Assembly: GCA_015487095.1 (NCBI GenBank)
Contig: WFQM01000320.1
Coordinates: forward strand, 1-44,721
DNA length: 44,721 nt
DNA from: Gammaproteobacteria bacterium
GTDB taxonomy: Bacteria; Pseudomonadota; Gammaproteobacteria; SZUA-152
Direction of reading: 5' to 3'
Under the pieces are notes generated by a model. The model was not told where the DNA came from. It did no database searches and saw nothing but the letters and a program-made list of their open reading frames with translations. Below, piece by piece: positions 29,113 to 38,127 of this stretch. The translations under genes and the position numbers were made by a program. The stretch's first letter is position 1. Every line of letters begins with the position of its first letter.

Positions 29113-30276
29113 ATGAGCAAAAGCTGCAATATTCTGGCGGTGGACGATGATGCCCTGAACCGGGGTGTTATCGAGCGCATTGTCACCCGCAAAGGACACA
29201 AGGTGACATTAGCCAATGACGGTAAGGATGCCTTGCATAAAATCAGAAGAGGCACATTTGATCTGGTGTTGCTGGATGTCATGATGCCCGGAATTGACGG
29301 GCCCGGTGTGCTGCGGGAAATACGTAATCATTATTCCATGACCGATCTGCCTGTCATCATGGTTTCAGCACTGAATGATAGCGATAAGGTGGTTGAATTG
29401 CTGGACCTGGGGGCCAACGATTATGTAACCAAGCCCATTGATGCAAAGGTGTTACAGGCGCGGATGGAAACACAATTAAGTGTTGTTTCCGCGAATAAAA
29501 AGGTTTTTGCATTATCGGAAGATGCCAAACGACGCAACAAACTGTTGTTGAATTTATTTGGCCGTTATGTCACTGAAGATGTGGTACGTAATCTGGTGTC
29601 TTCACCACAGGGCAGCAAAATTGGCAGTGAGCTTGAAGAAGTCACTTTGTTATTTGCCGATATTCGTGGTTTTTCGAGTGTGACCGAACATTTGAGCCCT
29701 GAACAGGTGCTTACAGCGCTAAACAATTATTACGACGTGATGATTGATGTGGTTAATAAATTCAAAGGCACCATTGATAAGCTCATGGGTGATGAAATGC
29801 TGGTGACTTTTGGTGTACCGAAAAAACGCGATGGCGATGCAGAGCGTGCGCTGGCCTGTGCATTATCAATGCAGCTGGCCATGCGTGAAGTCAATGAGCG
29901 TAATCAAGCGCAAAGTTTACCAGAATTGCAGTTGGGCATTGGTGTGAACACTGGCAAAGTGATGGTGGGAAATGTGGGGTCCGATAAACATGCCAGTTTC
30001 AGTGTTGTCGGCAAGGAAGTGAATTTGACCGCTTCCATTGAGGCGCATGCGAAAGGAGGAGAAATCCTGATTTCAGAAGCGACCTTTATGGGCCGTGAGC
30101 TTCAAGTCTGGACTGATGGTAAACGGGAGCTGCATTCCAAAGGGTTTTCCCGCAGCATTATGGTTTATCGTCTTACGGGAATGGCTGGAAAATATAAACT
30201 GAATTTGAATTCAGATGAAACCCGGGGGGGCGATTCGCCATCAGCATTGCCTGTCGATGCGAATGCGGGTGTGTGA
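29113..30276 (+). CDS. Response-regulator receiver fused to class III adenylate/guanylate cyclase
   Basis: REC: VDDD, LLDVMMPG, VSA, TKP; cyclase: LFADIRGFS, IDKLMGDE, GIGVNTG, VGKEVN. Confidence 0.92.
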   Translation: MSKSCNILAVDDDALNRGVIERIVTRKGHKVTLANDGKDALHKIRRGTFDLVLLDVMMPGIDGPGVLREIRNHYSMTDLPVIMVSALNDSDKVVELLDLGANDYVTKPIDAKVLQARMETQLSVVSANKKVFALSEDAKRRNKLLLNLFGRYVTEDVVRNLVSSPQGSKIGSELEEVTLLFADIRGFSSVTEHLSPEQVLTALNNYYDVMIDVVNKFKGTIDKLMGDEMLVTFGVPKKRDGDAERALACALSMQLAMREVNERNQAQSLPELQLGIGVNTGKVMVGNVGSDKHASFSVVGKEVNLTASIEAHAKGGEILISEATFMGRELQVWTDGKRELHSKGFSRSIMVYRLTGMAGKYKLNLNSDETRGGDSPSALPVDANAGV

Positions 30277-30295
30277 TTTGTAGTGTGTTCCTGCC

Positions 30296-30322
30296 AAAAA
30301 CCGGTCAATGACCGGTTTTTTT
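30296..30322 (+). terminator. Rho-independent terminator
   Basis: aaaaaccggtca-a-tgaccggttttttt. Confidence 0.82.
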
Positions 30323-30375
30323 ATGTGCTTGTTTAGGTCTTTTTTATCAATCTGTTTTGCGGCAGGATACATAAG

Positions 30376-30550
30376 CCTAAATTAATCAGTTGAGCCTACT
30401 GCGAACGTCTAATGCACTCAATCTAAATGACTTTTTCGAACATTTTGAACTCACCGTATGGGTGATACGCTTTTATTCAAAATAACCGAAAAAGTCATTG
30501 ATCTTGAGCACCTTAGCCGCTCTCGCTACGGCTCAACCGATTAATTTAGG
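30376..30550. mobile_element. MITE-like 175-bp palindromic element
   Basis: 21-bp terminal inverted repeats cctaaattaatcagttgagcc / ggctcaaccgattaatttagg (1 mismatch); inner arms aatgactttttcg / cgaaaaagtcatt. Confidence 0.75.
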
Positions 30551-30574
30551 ATAAAATCAAAAAGGGGAGTCGCA

Positions 30575-31705
30575 ATGCCGGAAGCGTTTAAAAATGTATT
30601 TAATTCATCCATGGTTCGTGGCATGGCAGCGCACTTTAAACAGCACTGGTCAGCATTCGACGATAAACGGTTTATTCGCACGGCAATAAAAAATCTACAG
30701 GGGCTGGAGCTAAAAGCGCGTTCTCAGCAAATTACCCAGGCAATGATTCAATATCTGCCCGATGATTATCAACATGCGGGAAAAATTATGCTGGCCAGTT
30801 TATATCCCGTGGATGGTGGTGATATTGCTGATCTGGGCGTCGAAAAAGAAGGCATTGGAGGGTGGGCAATGATGCCCATGACCCACTATGTTGCTTTGCA
30901 AGGACAGGATGATTTTACGTTATCGATGAATTTGCTAAAAGCAATGACCCAGCGTTTCAGCGCAGAGTTTGATATTCGTTTCTTTTTGCTGGCAGCGCAG
31001 GATGAGACCATGGCGGTGTTGCATAGATGGGCAAGTGATGAAAATTATCATGTCCGGCGGCTGGTGTCGGAGGGTACACGCCCACGTCTGCCTTGGGCCA
31101 TGTGTTTGCCGCCATTTGTGGAAAACCCTGCACCGGTGATTGCCTTGTTGGAAAAACTGAAAGATGATCCGGAAGAATATGTACGGCGTTCAGTAGCCAA
31201 TAATCTGAATGATATTGGCAAAGATCACCCGGATGTGGTGGCCGATATTGCTGCCCGCTGGATGAAAAACGCAAGTAAAAACCGGGCACGACTGGTACGT
31301 CATGCCTGCCGCAGCCTGCTTAAGGCCGGGCATAAAAAAACACTGAAAGTGTTAGGTTTTGGCCCACCCAAAATCCGCAGTGTCTCTTTGCAGGTATTAA
31401 CGCCCAAGGTGGTTTTTGGCGAGAAGTTGCAGTTTGAGTTGTCTCTGACATCCCGGGCAAAACAGGCCCAACAATTGATGGTGGATTATGTGGTGCATCA
31501 TCAAAAGGCCAATGGCAGCACATCACCCAAGGTGTTTAAGTGGCGGTCAACCACATTGGAGCCGGGGGGCGTGCTGAACGGAATAAAAAATCATGCCATG
31601 AAAAAAATTACCACACGGGTGTATTATCCCGGTGCCCACAAAATAGAAATTATGGTGAACGGTACCTCTGTGGCAATGGCGGATTTTCAGTTGATAATGC
31701 CTTGA
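30575..31705 (+). CDS. DNA alkylation repair protein (AlkC-like HEAT-repeat)
   Basis: RFSAEFDIRFFL, HVRRLVSEGTRPRLPW, YVRRSVANNLNDIGKDHP; C-terminal beta domain ITTRVYYPG. Confidence 0.88.
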   Translation: MPEAFKNVFNSSMVRGMAAHFKQHWSAFDDKRFIRTAIKNLQGLELKARSQQITQAMIQYLPDDYQHAGKIMLASLYPVDGGDIADLGVEKEGIGGWAMMPMTHYVALQGQDDFTLSMNLLKAMTQRFSAEFDIRFFLLAAQDETMAVLHRWASDENYHVRRLVSEGTRPRLPWAMCLPPFVENPAPVIALLEKLKDDPEEYVRRSVANNLNDIGKDHPDVVADIAARWMKNASKNRARLVRHACRSLLKAGHKKTLKVLGFGPPKIRSVSLQVLTPKVVFGEKLQFELSLTSRAKQAQQLMVDYVVHHQKANGSTSPKVFKWRSTTLEPGGVLNGIKNHAMKKITTRVYYPGAHKIEIMVNGTSVAMADFQLIMP

Positions 31706-31953
31706 TTTAACAGCTCTTCACCCGTCTTGGGCGGCATTTGAAAATAATAGCCCTGCTCTGCTAATTGACGCATGACATCGCTTACGTCTGCCTGGGCCAG
31801 TTGGCGCTGGGTAGATAGTTCCAGACTGAGAACCAGCTCCAGGCATCCCAGCATATCCAGCAGAGCTTGTGGTACACGGGAAAAATCATCTTCTTTTTCA
31901 ATGTACAGATAATGGTCAATTTTTTTGTTGCCTTTGTAAATGGCGCACTGCAT
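31687..31953 (-). CDS. ycgL: YcgL domain protein
   Basis: CAIYKG..YLYIEKEDDFSRVPQALL..LAQAD..QGYYFQMPP. Confidence 0.88.
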   Translation of the reverse strand: MQCAIYKGNKKIDHYLYIEKEDDFSRVPQALLDMLGCLELVLSLELSTQRQLAQADVSDVMRQLAEQGYYFQMPPKTGEELLNQGIIN

Positions 31954-32110
31954 GGAGGCCTCCCGTGTGTATTTGGTCAAAATTATGGCGGGGAGTTTAG
32001 CGGAAAGGTTGATGCCTGTGCAGCAAATGTTTTACTGCTATGTCTGTACAAAATTGCTGTGCTCGTCTATAGCTTAGGCAGAGTGGTGGGTAAGACAGAA
32101 GGAGGTTCTC

Positions 32111-32581
32111 ATGGCAGTAGCAGCAACATTACGGGAATATCTCAATCGCTGGGGTGTGGAATATGAGGTGGTGCCTCATGCGCATACCAGTAGCAGTCTG
32201 GAAACCGCAGAGGCGGCACATGTGCCTGGCGACAAACTGGCTAAATGTGTAATGACGGAAGACTACCGTGGTTATCTTATGGTGGTGGTGCCAGCCAGCC
32301 ATGAAGTGGAGTTTTCCCTCCTGGATGAGCAGCTGGATCGTCGTCTGGAATTGGCTACCGAAGAGGAGCTGGCGGATATTTTTGTCGATTGTGAGCTAGG
32401 CGCTATTCCACCGCTGGGTGAGGCCTATGGTATTGATGTTGCGGTGGATCGCCGCCTGGCCGAGTGCGATGATATTTATTTTGAGGCGGGCGATCATGCT
32501 GAACTGTTGCATCTTCGAGGCGAGGATTTTCGTGATCTGATGGCCGGTGCCGAACACGGTAATTACAGTCGGCATTTGTAG
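32111..32581 (+). CDS. YbaK/ProX-family aminoacyl-tRNA deacylase
   Basis: LAKCV, LATEEEL, DCELGAIPPLG, IYFEAGDH. Confidence 0.88.
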   Translation: MAVAATLREYLNRWGVEYEVVPHAHTSSSLETAEAAHVPGDKLAKCVMTEDYRGYLMVVVPASHEVEFSLLDEQLDRRLELATEEELADIFVDCELGAIPPLGEAYGIDVAVDRRLAECDDIYFEAGDHAELLHLRGEDFRDLMAGAEHGNYSRHL

Positions 32582-32633
32582 GATACCATGCGGATTCCTG
32601 TAGGTTATTGTATTTGCAGGAGAAGAGCGGGTA

Positions 32634-33704
32634 TCAGGTGTTTTTCTCACGTCGTGTCCGCACTGCGGCGGCGAGTTCGTGTAGCAGCGGTACACTGCTT
32701 TCCCAGTTGATGCAGGCATCGGTGATGCTCTGCCCGAACAGTATGTCCTGCCCCTCAGTAATATCCTGTCGGCCTTCCTGCAAATGACTTTCGATCATTG
32801 CTCCTTTGATGCGGACATCGCCCGCAGCAATCTGCGCGGCCACGTCCTGGCCCACTGCAATCTGGCGTTGGTGTTGTTTACTGCTGTTAGCATGGCTGAA
32901 ATCAATCATTAAGCGTGGTGTCAGTCCACCATTTTGTATTTCCTGTGAAGCTGTTTCCACGCTTTGTGCGTCATAATTGGGCTTACCGCCGCCGCCACGT
33001 AAAATAATGTGGCAGTCTTTGTTGCCGGTGGTGGAAAAAATAGCGGAATGCCCGGCCTTGGTCAGTGATAAAAAGTAATGTGGCTGGCTGGCAGCATGTA
33101 CTGCATCGATAGCGATTTTGAGGTTGCCGTTGGTGCCATTTTTGAAACCTACGGGACAGGACAGGCCGGAGGCCAGTTCACGATGGGCCTGACTTTCGGT
33201 AGTGCGAGCGCCGATGGCTCCCCAGCTGATGAGATCAGAAATATATTGCGGTGTAATCAAATCGAGGTATTCGGTGCCAGCGGGCACGCCCATATTATTG
33301 ATATCACACAATAATTGACGGGCCAGACTTAATCCATGATTGATTTCAAAGCTGCCATTGAGGAGAGGGTCGTTAATTAATCCCTTCCAGCCCACTGTGG
33401 TGCGTGGTTTCTCAAAATAGACACGCATGATAATCAGCAGGTCATCAGCCAGTTCTTCGCGCTGAGCTTTGAGGAGTGCGGCATATTCCAGTGCGGCTTT
33501 AGGGTCGTGAATGGAGCAGGGGCCAATCACCACCAGCAGGCGATCATCTGATGCGTGCAAAATATTATGCACGGCCTGGCGAGTCTGGGCCGTGGTTTGC
33601 ATGGCCGCGTCGGAAATTGGGTGCTCCGCAATGACTGATTCCGGTGCCACCACTTCTTTGATGGCCTGAATGCGTAAATCGTCTGTTTTGTATTGTGTTG
33701 GCAT
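32634..33704 (-). CDS. 3-deoxy-7-phosphoheptulonate synthase, class I (AroG/AroH type)
   Basis: IGPCSIHD, MRVYFEKPRTTVGWKG, IGARTTESQ, DFSHANS, GQSITDAC. Confidence 0.95.
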   Translation of the reverse strand: MPTQYKTDDLRIQAIKEVVAPESVIAEHPISDAAMQTTAQTRQAVHNILHASDDRLLVVIGPCSIHDPKAALEYAALLKAQREELADDLLIIMRVYFEKPRTTVGWKGLINDPLLNGSFEINHGLSLARQLLCDINNMGVPAGTEYLDLITPQYISDLISWGAIGARTTESQAHRELASGLSCPVGFKNGTNGNLKIAIDAVHAASQPHYFLSLTKAGHSAIFSTTGNKDCHIILRGGGGKPNYDAQSVETASQEIQNGGLTPRLMIDFSHANSSKQHQRQIAVGQDVAAQIAAGDVRIKGAMIESHLQEGRQDITEGQDILFGQSITDACINWESSVPLLHELAAAVRTRREKNT

Positions 33705-33829
33705 AGTGCGCGTGATCATGAAATCGCTGTAAAGTGAGTGGCGTATTGTCGCCTAAACCGCCCGCTTCGTCGAGTTTGTGATGCATTCAGGCTTCAGGCA
33801 GACTGCGGCAAGCCGATGAACCGGGAGAA

Positions 33830-34717
33830 ATGATGCAATCATGGCTTTTGATAAAACGACGAGTAAGGAATTACGGGCGGGCTCATTCGATGATGAGCCT
33901 GTGCCTGTTGTTGGGTGCATTATTAAGCCTGCCTGCGGCAGCTTATCACCTGCCCAAATGGGAGTTCGGGTTAGGTGCGGGAGGATTGCATGTCCCCTCC
34001 TATCGTGGTGCCAGTGACAGGAAAAATATCGGGTTGCCAGTGCCGTATGTCGCTTACCGGGGAGATCGTTTCAAAGTGGATGAAGACGGTATGCGCAGTG
34101 AATTACTGCAAAAAAACCGGATGCATCTGGATTTCAGCGTGGCAGGCAGCCTGCCAGTGTCCAGTGGTGGGAGTGCGCGTGAGGGCATGCCAGACCTGGA
34201 TCCCATCGGTGAAATCGGTCCTTCCCTGAAATTTCTTCTGGGACAGCAAGGTCATCGCCATCAGGGCTGGGAGCAGCAATGGTGGTTGCGTATACCGTTA
34301 CGGGCGGCATTGTCGGTGGGAGCCCCGTTGATTGGCCATCAGGGCTGGGTGTTTTCACCCTATCTGAACTGGGTGTGGATAAAGGGAGTGGCGCAGGCAC
34401 GGTGGCGCTGGAATTTGTCCGCAGGGCCTATTTTTGCGAGCCGACAATATCATGATTATTTTTATACCGTGTCTGATCGTTATGCCGACGTAGGCCGACC
34501 TGCCTATGCTGCAACGGCGGGGTACAGCGGTAGTCGGGTGACGCTGGGCCTGTCGATGAATTCCAAAAAGTGGTTTGTAGGTGCCTTTGTGCGTTATGAC
34601 AATTTGCGTGGCGCGGTGTTTGAGGACAGTCCGCTGGTGGAGACCCGTCGCTATCTGGCCGTGGGGGTGGGGGTATCTCGGGTATTTATGCAGTCCAGCG
34701 GACATGCTCCTCACTAA
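33830..34717 (+). CDS. MipA/OmpV-family outer-membrane protein
   Basis: Signal peptide; WEFGLGAG..PSYRGA..PVPYVAYRG; REGMPDLD; FEDSPLV; start may be about 33890. Confidence 0.8.
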   Translation: MMQSWLLIKRRVRNYGRAHSMMSLCLLLGALLSLPAAAYHLPKWEFGLGAGGLHVPSYRGASDRKNIGLPVPYVAYRGDRFKVDEDGMRSELLQKNRMHLDFSVAGSLPVSSGGSAREGMPDLDPIGEIGPSLKFLLGQQGHRHQGWEQQWWLRIPLRAALSVGAPLIGHQGWVFSPYLNWVWIKGVAQARWRWNLSAGPIFASRQYHDYFYTVSDRYADVGRPAYAATAGYSGSRVTLGLSMNSKKWFVGAFVRYDNLRGAVFEDSPLVETRRYLAVGVGVSRVFMQSSGHAPH

Positions 34718-34850
34718 AAAATGTAACCCTGTCCAGGTTGCCTGGCTGTCACGGCATTATGCAGCGGAACCTGATAAAACACTGTTTGTGTAAAAAATCA
34801 GGATAATCCCTGTAACCCATTTGTGGAAGGGGGGGTTATGGAGTACCATT

Positions 34851-35276
34851 TTACGGGAAAACGATGGGGTCGCTTATCAGATACCAGCGCTTGTTCTCAG
34901 GAAAATATTTCCATTCGTGGCGATGTTTTACACTGCGCTCACGTAAATCATCGGTATTGTAATAATGCAGAGTAACTGTTTGTTTCATGACCAATTTCTG
35001 TTGATCAAATCGTTGGTTGGATGATTCGTATTTTGTAACACGGATATTTTCCATATTGGCGGGGATGTCGGCTTCCTGATCTGTTTCCCATTTGTGGTAG
35101 GAATAGACGGCATCAAACTTGGCCCAGCGTACCGCTTTTTCATAACCGCGCAGGGTTTTGTTGAGATCGTCCATCATTTCGCCCTGAGTGGCGCAGGCAC
35201 TGAGCAACAAGGCAGCAAGGCTGAGTCCGGACAAGCTTAGGAAGGAGAGGGTTTGGCTCCGGCGTGTAATCGGCAT
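34851..35276 (-). CDS. Hypothetical lipoprotein
   Basis: Lipobox LSAC; YEKAVRW, IRVTKYE, W.Y...KRWYL. Confidence 0.72.
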   Translation of the reverse strand: MPITRRSQTLSFLSLSGLSLAALLLSACATQGEMMDDLNKTLRGYEKAVRWAKFDAVYSYHKWETDQEADIPANMENIRVTKYESSNQRFDQQKLVMKQTVTLHYYNTDDLRERSVKHRHEWKYFPENKRWYLISDPIVFP

Positions 35277-35380
35277 GTGTACGGTTTCCTTGTTTGATAT
35301 CGTCACAAATACAATGGCTTGCTAAAAGTATAACGTTATTTTGGATTGTTCAGGGGGAGCGTTCAAAATATACCTAAACC

Positions 35381-35416
35381 TAACGATAGTTTAACGATAG
35401 TTTAACGATAGTTTAA
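35381..35416. repeat. Three perfect 11-bp tandem repeats (TAACGATAGTT)
   Basis: Units at 35381, 35392 and 35403 plus a partial TAA; lies in a divergent intergenic region. Confidence 0.9.
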
Positions 35417-35653
35417 TCAATGATTTTTTGCTTTTAGTTGCCACTTCAAATGATAGCTTGTTAGCAGGCGATGCGTATTTGTCCCGTTCAAATGGTGTTA
35501 TTTGATCCATGTGTGCAGTTTTGATGTTGCTGGTTGTGCATTGTTCCGAATAGTTTTCCCCCTGAAAAATAAAGGATTATTTGAGGATTACTTAAGTTGT
35601 ATCGAGCATTAATTGGCAAGCAGCACCTATTACGGGGGTTGGGGAGGCCGTTT

Positions 35654-37507
35654 ATGGGGATGAAAAATTTGTATCAAAAAGATGGCGTTAAATTGAGTTT
35701 GTCAGCGTGTTTGCTATTAGTTGCGCTGGTGGTGGGGGGAGTGGGCTGTGGTAATACTGAAAATAACAAACTGGCTGCACAGGTTCCGATACAGTCTGTA
35801 ACGATCAATGTGTCGAGTGCTCTGGTAACGCCGACCTATACCCTGAACGGTGCTGCATTTGAACAAAGTGAATACAATGATGGCAACTTTGTGTTGCGTA
35901 ATACCGTATCCGCTGGTGACACGTTAGTGCTGGGCTCCAGCCATGATGCAAGCCCAGCGGCAGTGCGCGTCATACAGGATACATATGATGTGCTGTTCCA
36001 GCATGAGACTGGCAACGGTGTGCCACAAAATGTGGATACACAGGTGCAGGTCAATGAGGTGGTTAATAGTGACAGGGATATGTTCATTGATGTGCGCGCG
36101 TGGGAAATAACGCCCTCGTTTACGCAAAATGCCAGCGCTTTTCCACCGAATGAATATGATACAGGGATGTTTTATTTACAGCCCGATGCTGGTGGTGAAC
36201 GTATTTTTATTGGAAGAAGCCACATGGCATTACCTGCCCCTGTACAGGTAATGCAAGGCACTTATGATGTGATCTACTCACTGGAGACTGGTGGTGAGTT
36301 TGTTCCCAATAATCAGGGTGCTGTTGTTATGGCGGGTGTATCTATCACTGTGGCTGGTGCTTTGGCTGTGGATGTTGCCAGCGTACGTTTTCAGTTTGAT
36401 GCCACATTGGATTTGGCCGCTTTCCCGACTGATCAAAATCATAAAGCACTGTTTTTTCTACGTAACGTCAGTACAGGTGATCGTGTGGAACTGGGCGCGA
36501 GCTTTGAATTGCCGGTCACGCTGTCCGTAGTGGAAGGTACTTATGACATTGTTTATCAACATGTTCGAGGCGATGCCCTGCCCGTTAATACGGATGCTGT
36601 TGTGGCAAGCAATATTATCATCGATGACACAAGTTTATCGGTAACGATTGATATCGACAGTGTGGTAATCACACCTTCGTTTAGTTTGGATGGCAGTGTT
36701 TTTCCGCAGGATGAATACAATGATGCCAATTTTTATTTGCGGGCGATTAATAATTACGATGATGTCATGTTTTTGGGGGCGAGCGAGACGGCCGCTACAG
36801 CGGTGCGTGTGATCAGCAGTGATATGGACACGGCCCCGGGTGTGAGCGAATTATTGTTGGGGACATATGACGTTTTATACCGGCATGAGTCAGGTGAAGA
36901 CGTGCCGCAAAATATCAATGCGATAGTGCCAGGAAGGGGTAACATAGCGCTAAATAGCGACCAAACTCTGATGGTGCCGGTAACTTCGGTCAATATCACC
37001 GGTCGTTTTACCCTCAATGGCAATAGTTTTCCTGGCGATATCAACAACAGCGTGCAGTTTCTGTTACGTGATTCCAGTAATGACAGTGATGAATTTTTGT
37101 TTGGTTTTAGTGATATCAGCAACGAGGCGGTGAAGCTCATACCGGGTACTTATCACGTCGTAATGGACCATCTCTACGGCAGTGCCGTACCGCAGAATAA
37201 AATGCATGAAGTGGATTTTAATAACGTGTTTAGTGAAGACCAAACCCTGAATGTGAATGTTCCAGCGGTACGTGTTAACCCCGGGTTTACCTTGGATGGC
37301 CAGGCTTTTCCAGCCAGCGTTTATCAAAGCGCCACCTTTTATTTATATGACTTTCGTACTGAAACACGCATTTTTTTGGGGCGCAGTTACAAGAAGAATA
37401 CGCCCGTGATGGTGATCAAGGAAAACCACGAAATAATCTACGAGCATATGAATGGTGACCAGGTGCCACAGAACACGAATAACAATCTTGGGGCTGTTGA
37501 TTTGTAG
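35654..37507 (+). CDS. Lipoprotein with six tandem ~95-aa beta-rich repeats
   Basis: GGAGG RBS; lipobox GVGC; repeat consensus TPxFTLxGxxFPxxxYxxxxFxL...LGxS...GTYDVxYxHxxGxxVPQN. Confidence 0.8.
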   Translation: MGMKNLYQKDGVKLSLSACLLLVALVVGGVGCGNTENNKLAAQVPIQSVTINVSSALVTPTYTLNGAAFEQSEYNDGNFVLRNTVSAGDTLVLGSSHDASPAAVRVIQDTYDVLFQHETGNGVPQNVDTQVQVNEVVNSDRDMFIDVRAWEITPSFTQNASAFPPNEYDTGMFYLQPDAGGERIFIGRSHMALPAPVQVMQGTYDVIYSLETGGEFVPNNQGAVVMAGVSITVAGALAVDVASVRFQFDATLDLAAFPTDQNHKALFFLRNVSTGDRVELGASFELPVTLSVVEGTYDIVYQHVRGDALPVNTDAVVASNIIIDDTSLSVTIDIDSVVITPSFSLDGSVFPQDEYNDANFYLRAINNYDDVMFLGASETAATAVRVISSDMDTAPGVSELLLGTYDVLYRHESGEDVPQNINAIVPGRGNIALNSDQTLMVPVTSVNITGRFTLNGNSFPGDINNSVQFLLRDSSNDSDEFLFGFSDISNEAVKLIPGTYHVVMDHLYGSAVPQNKMHEVDFNNVFSEDQTLNVNVPAVRVNPGFTLDGQAFPASVYQSATFYLYDFRTETRIFLGRSYKKNTPVMVIKENHEIIYEHMNGDQVPQNTNNNLGAVDL

Positions 37508-37542
37508 CTTTTGCGGGGTGCCACGAGGGTGTTTTAGAGCCT

Positions 37543-37932
37543 TCAATTATTGGAGAACTTAAATTCCTTGCGGGGGTGTTGCGATAGCTCATCCAGCATT
37601 TGGTCGATATCATCACTGCCGTCAATGAGTAATTTCAAAAATGATTCATGATGCGGGGTGTCGGCGGAACCAAATTGCAGGCCGATGCCATCATCCTTGC
37701 GATGCGCAATGGTGCAGCTAAAGGCGACACGCACCCAGCCTTCTTCTGCCTTGATGATGAGTTCAAGATCACAGGGCTGACCGGCTTGCACGCCGGGTGG
37801 GGGAATGAGCAGGACGAACGCACCATCCAGGCTGATATCCGCAGTTTCGCCATAGAGGCGGCTACCATCTTCCAGTTTGATTTCCACAATAACATCAAGG
37901 GGCAGGCGGGTGAATTTCCGATGGTCTGTCAT
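37543..37932 (-). CDS. Stand-alone PilZ domain protein (c-di-GMP receptor)
   Basis: RxxxR (RKFTR) and DxSxxG (DISLDG), GIGLQF. Confidence 0.88.
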   Translation of the reverse strand: MTDHRKFTRLPLDVIVEIKLEDGSRLYGETADISLDGAFVLLIPPPGVQAGQPCDLELIIKAEEGWVRVAFSCTIAHRKDDGIGLQFGSADTPHHESFLKLLIDGSDDIDQMLDELSQHPRKEFKFSNN

Positions 37933-38060
37933 GATTGTCTCGGTGCAGGTGTTAAGGATGATAGTGTTACGGTCATCTTGAGTTTAGCCTGCTTGCATCC
38001 GTTCGTCATCTTCGGTGCGTATCCATTCGTAAATGTAGTGACGGGTGAGGCTGGGTAAAT

Positions 38061-38096
38061 TAAAAGGGCGCGTCAGCAATAACCTGACGCGCCCTT
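38061..38096 (-). terminator. Rho-independent terminator of the rhodanese gene
   Basis: 13-bp stem aagggcgcgtcag / ctgacgcgccctt ending in a T run on the minus strand. Confidence 0.8.
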
Positions 38097-38127
38097 GTTA
38101 TTGGCAAAAAAATGTTAGGCAGCAGGC

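Noticed and set aside
28948-30322. Shared ccggtc/gaccgg stems flanking the cyclase gene as possible insertion boundaries
   Set aside because: Both are adequately explained as ordinary intrinsic terminators; the similarity is too short to infer mobility.
35381-35416. Possible CRISPR array or iterons
   Set aside because: Repeats are 11 bp, contiguous, without spacers; no cas or rep gene nearby.
37933-38060. c-di-GMP riboswitch upstream of the PilZ gene
   Set aside because: No GEMM-type consensus elements found on the minus strand.
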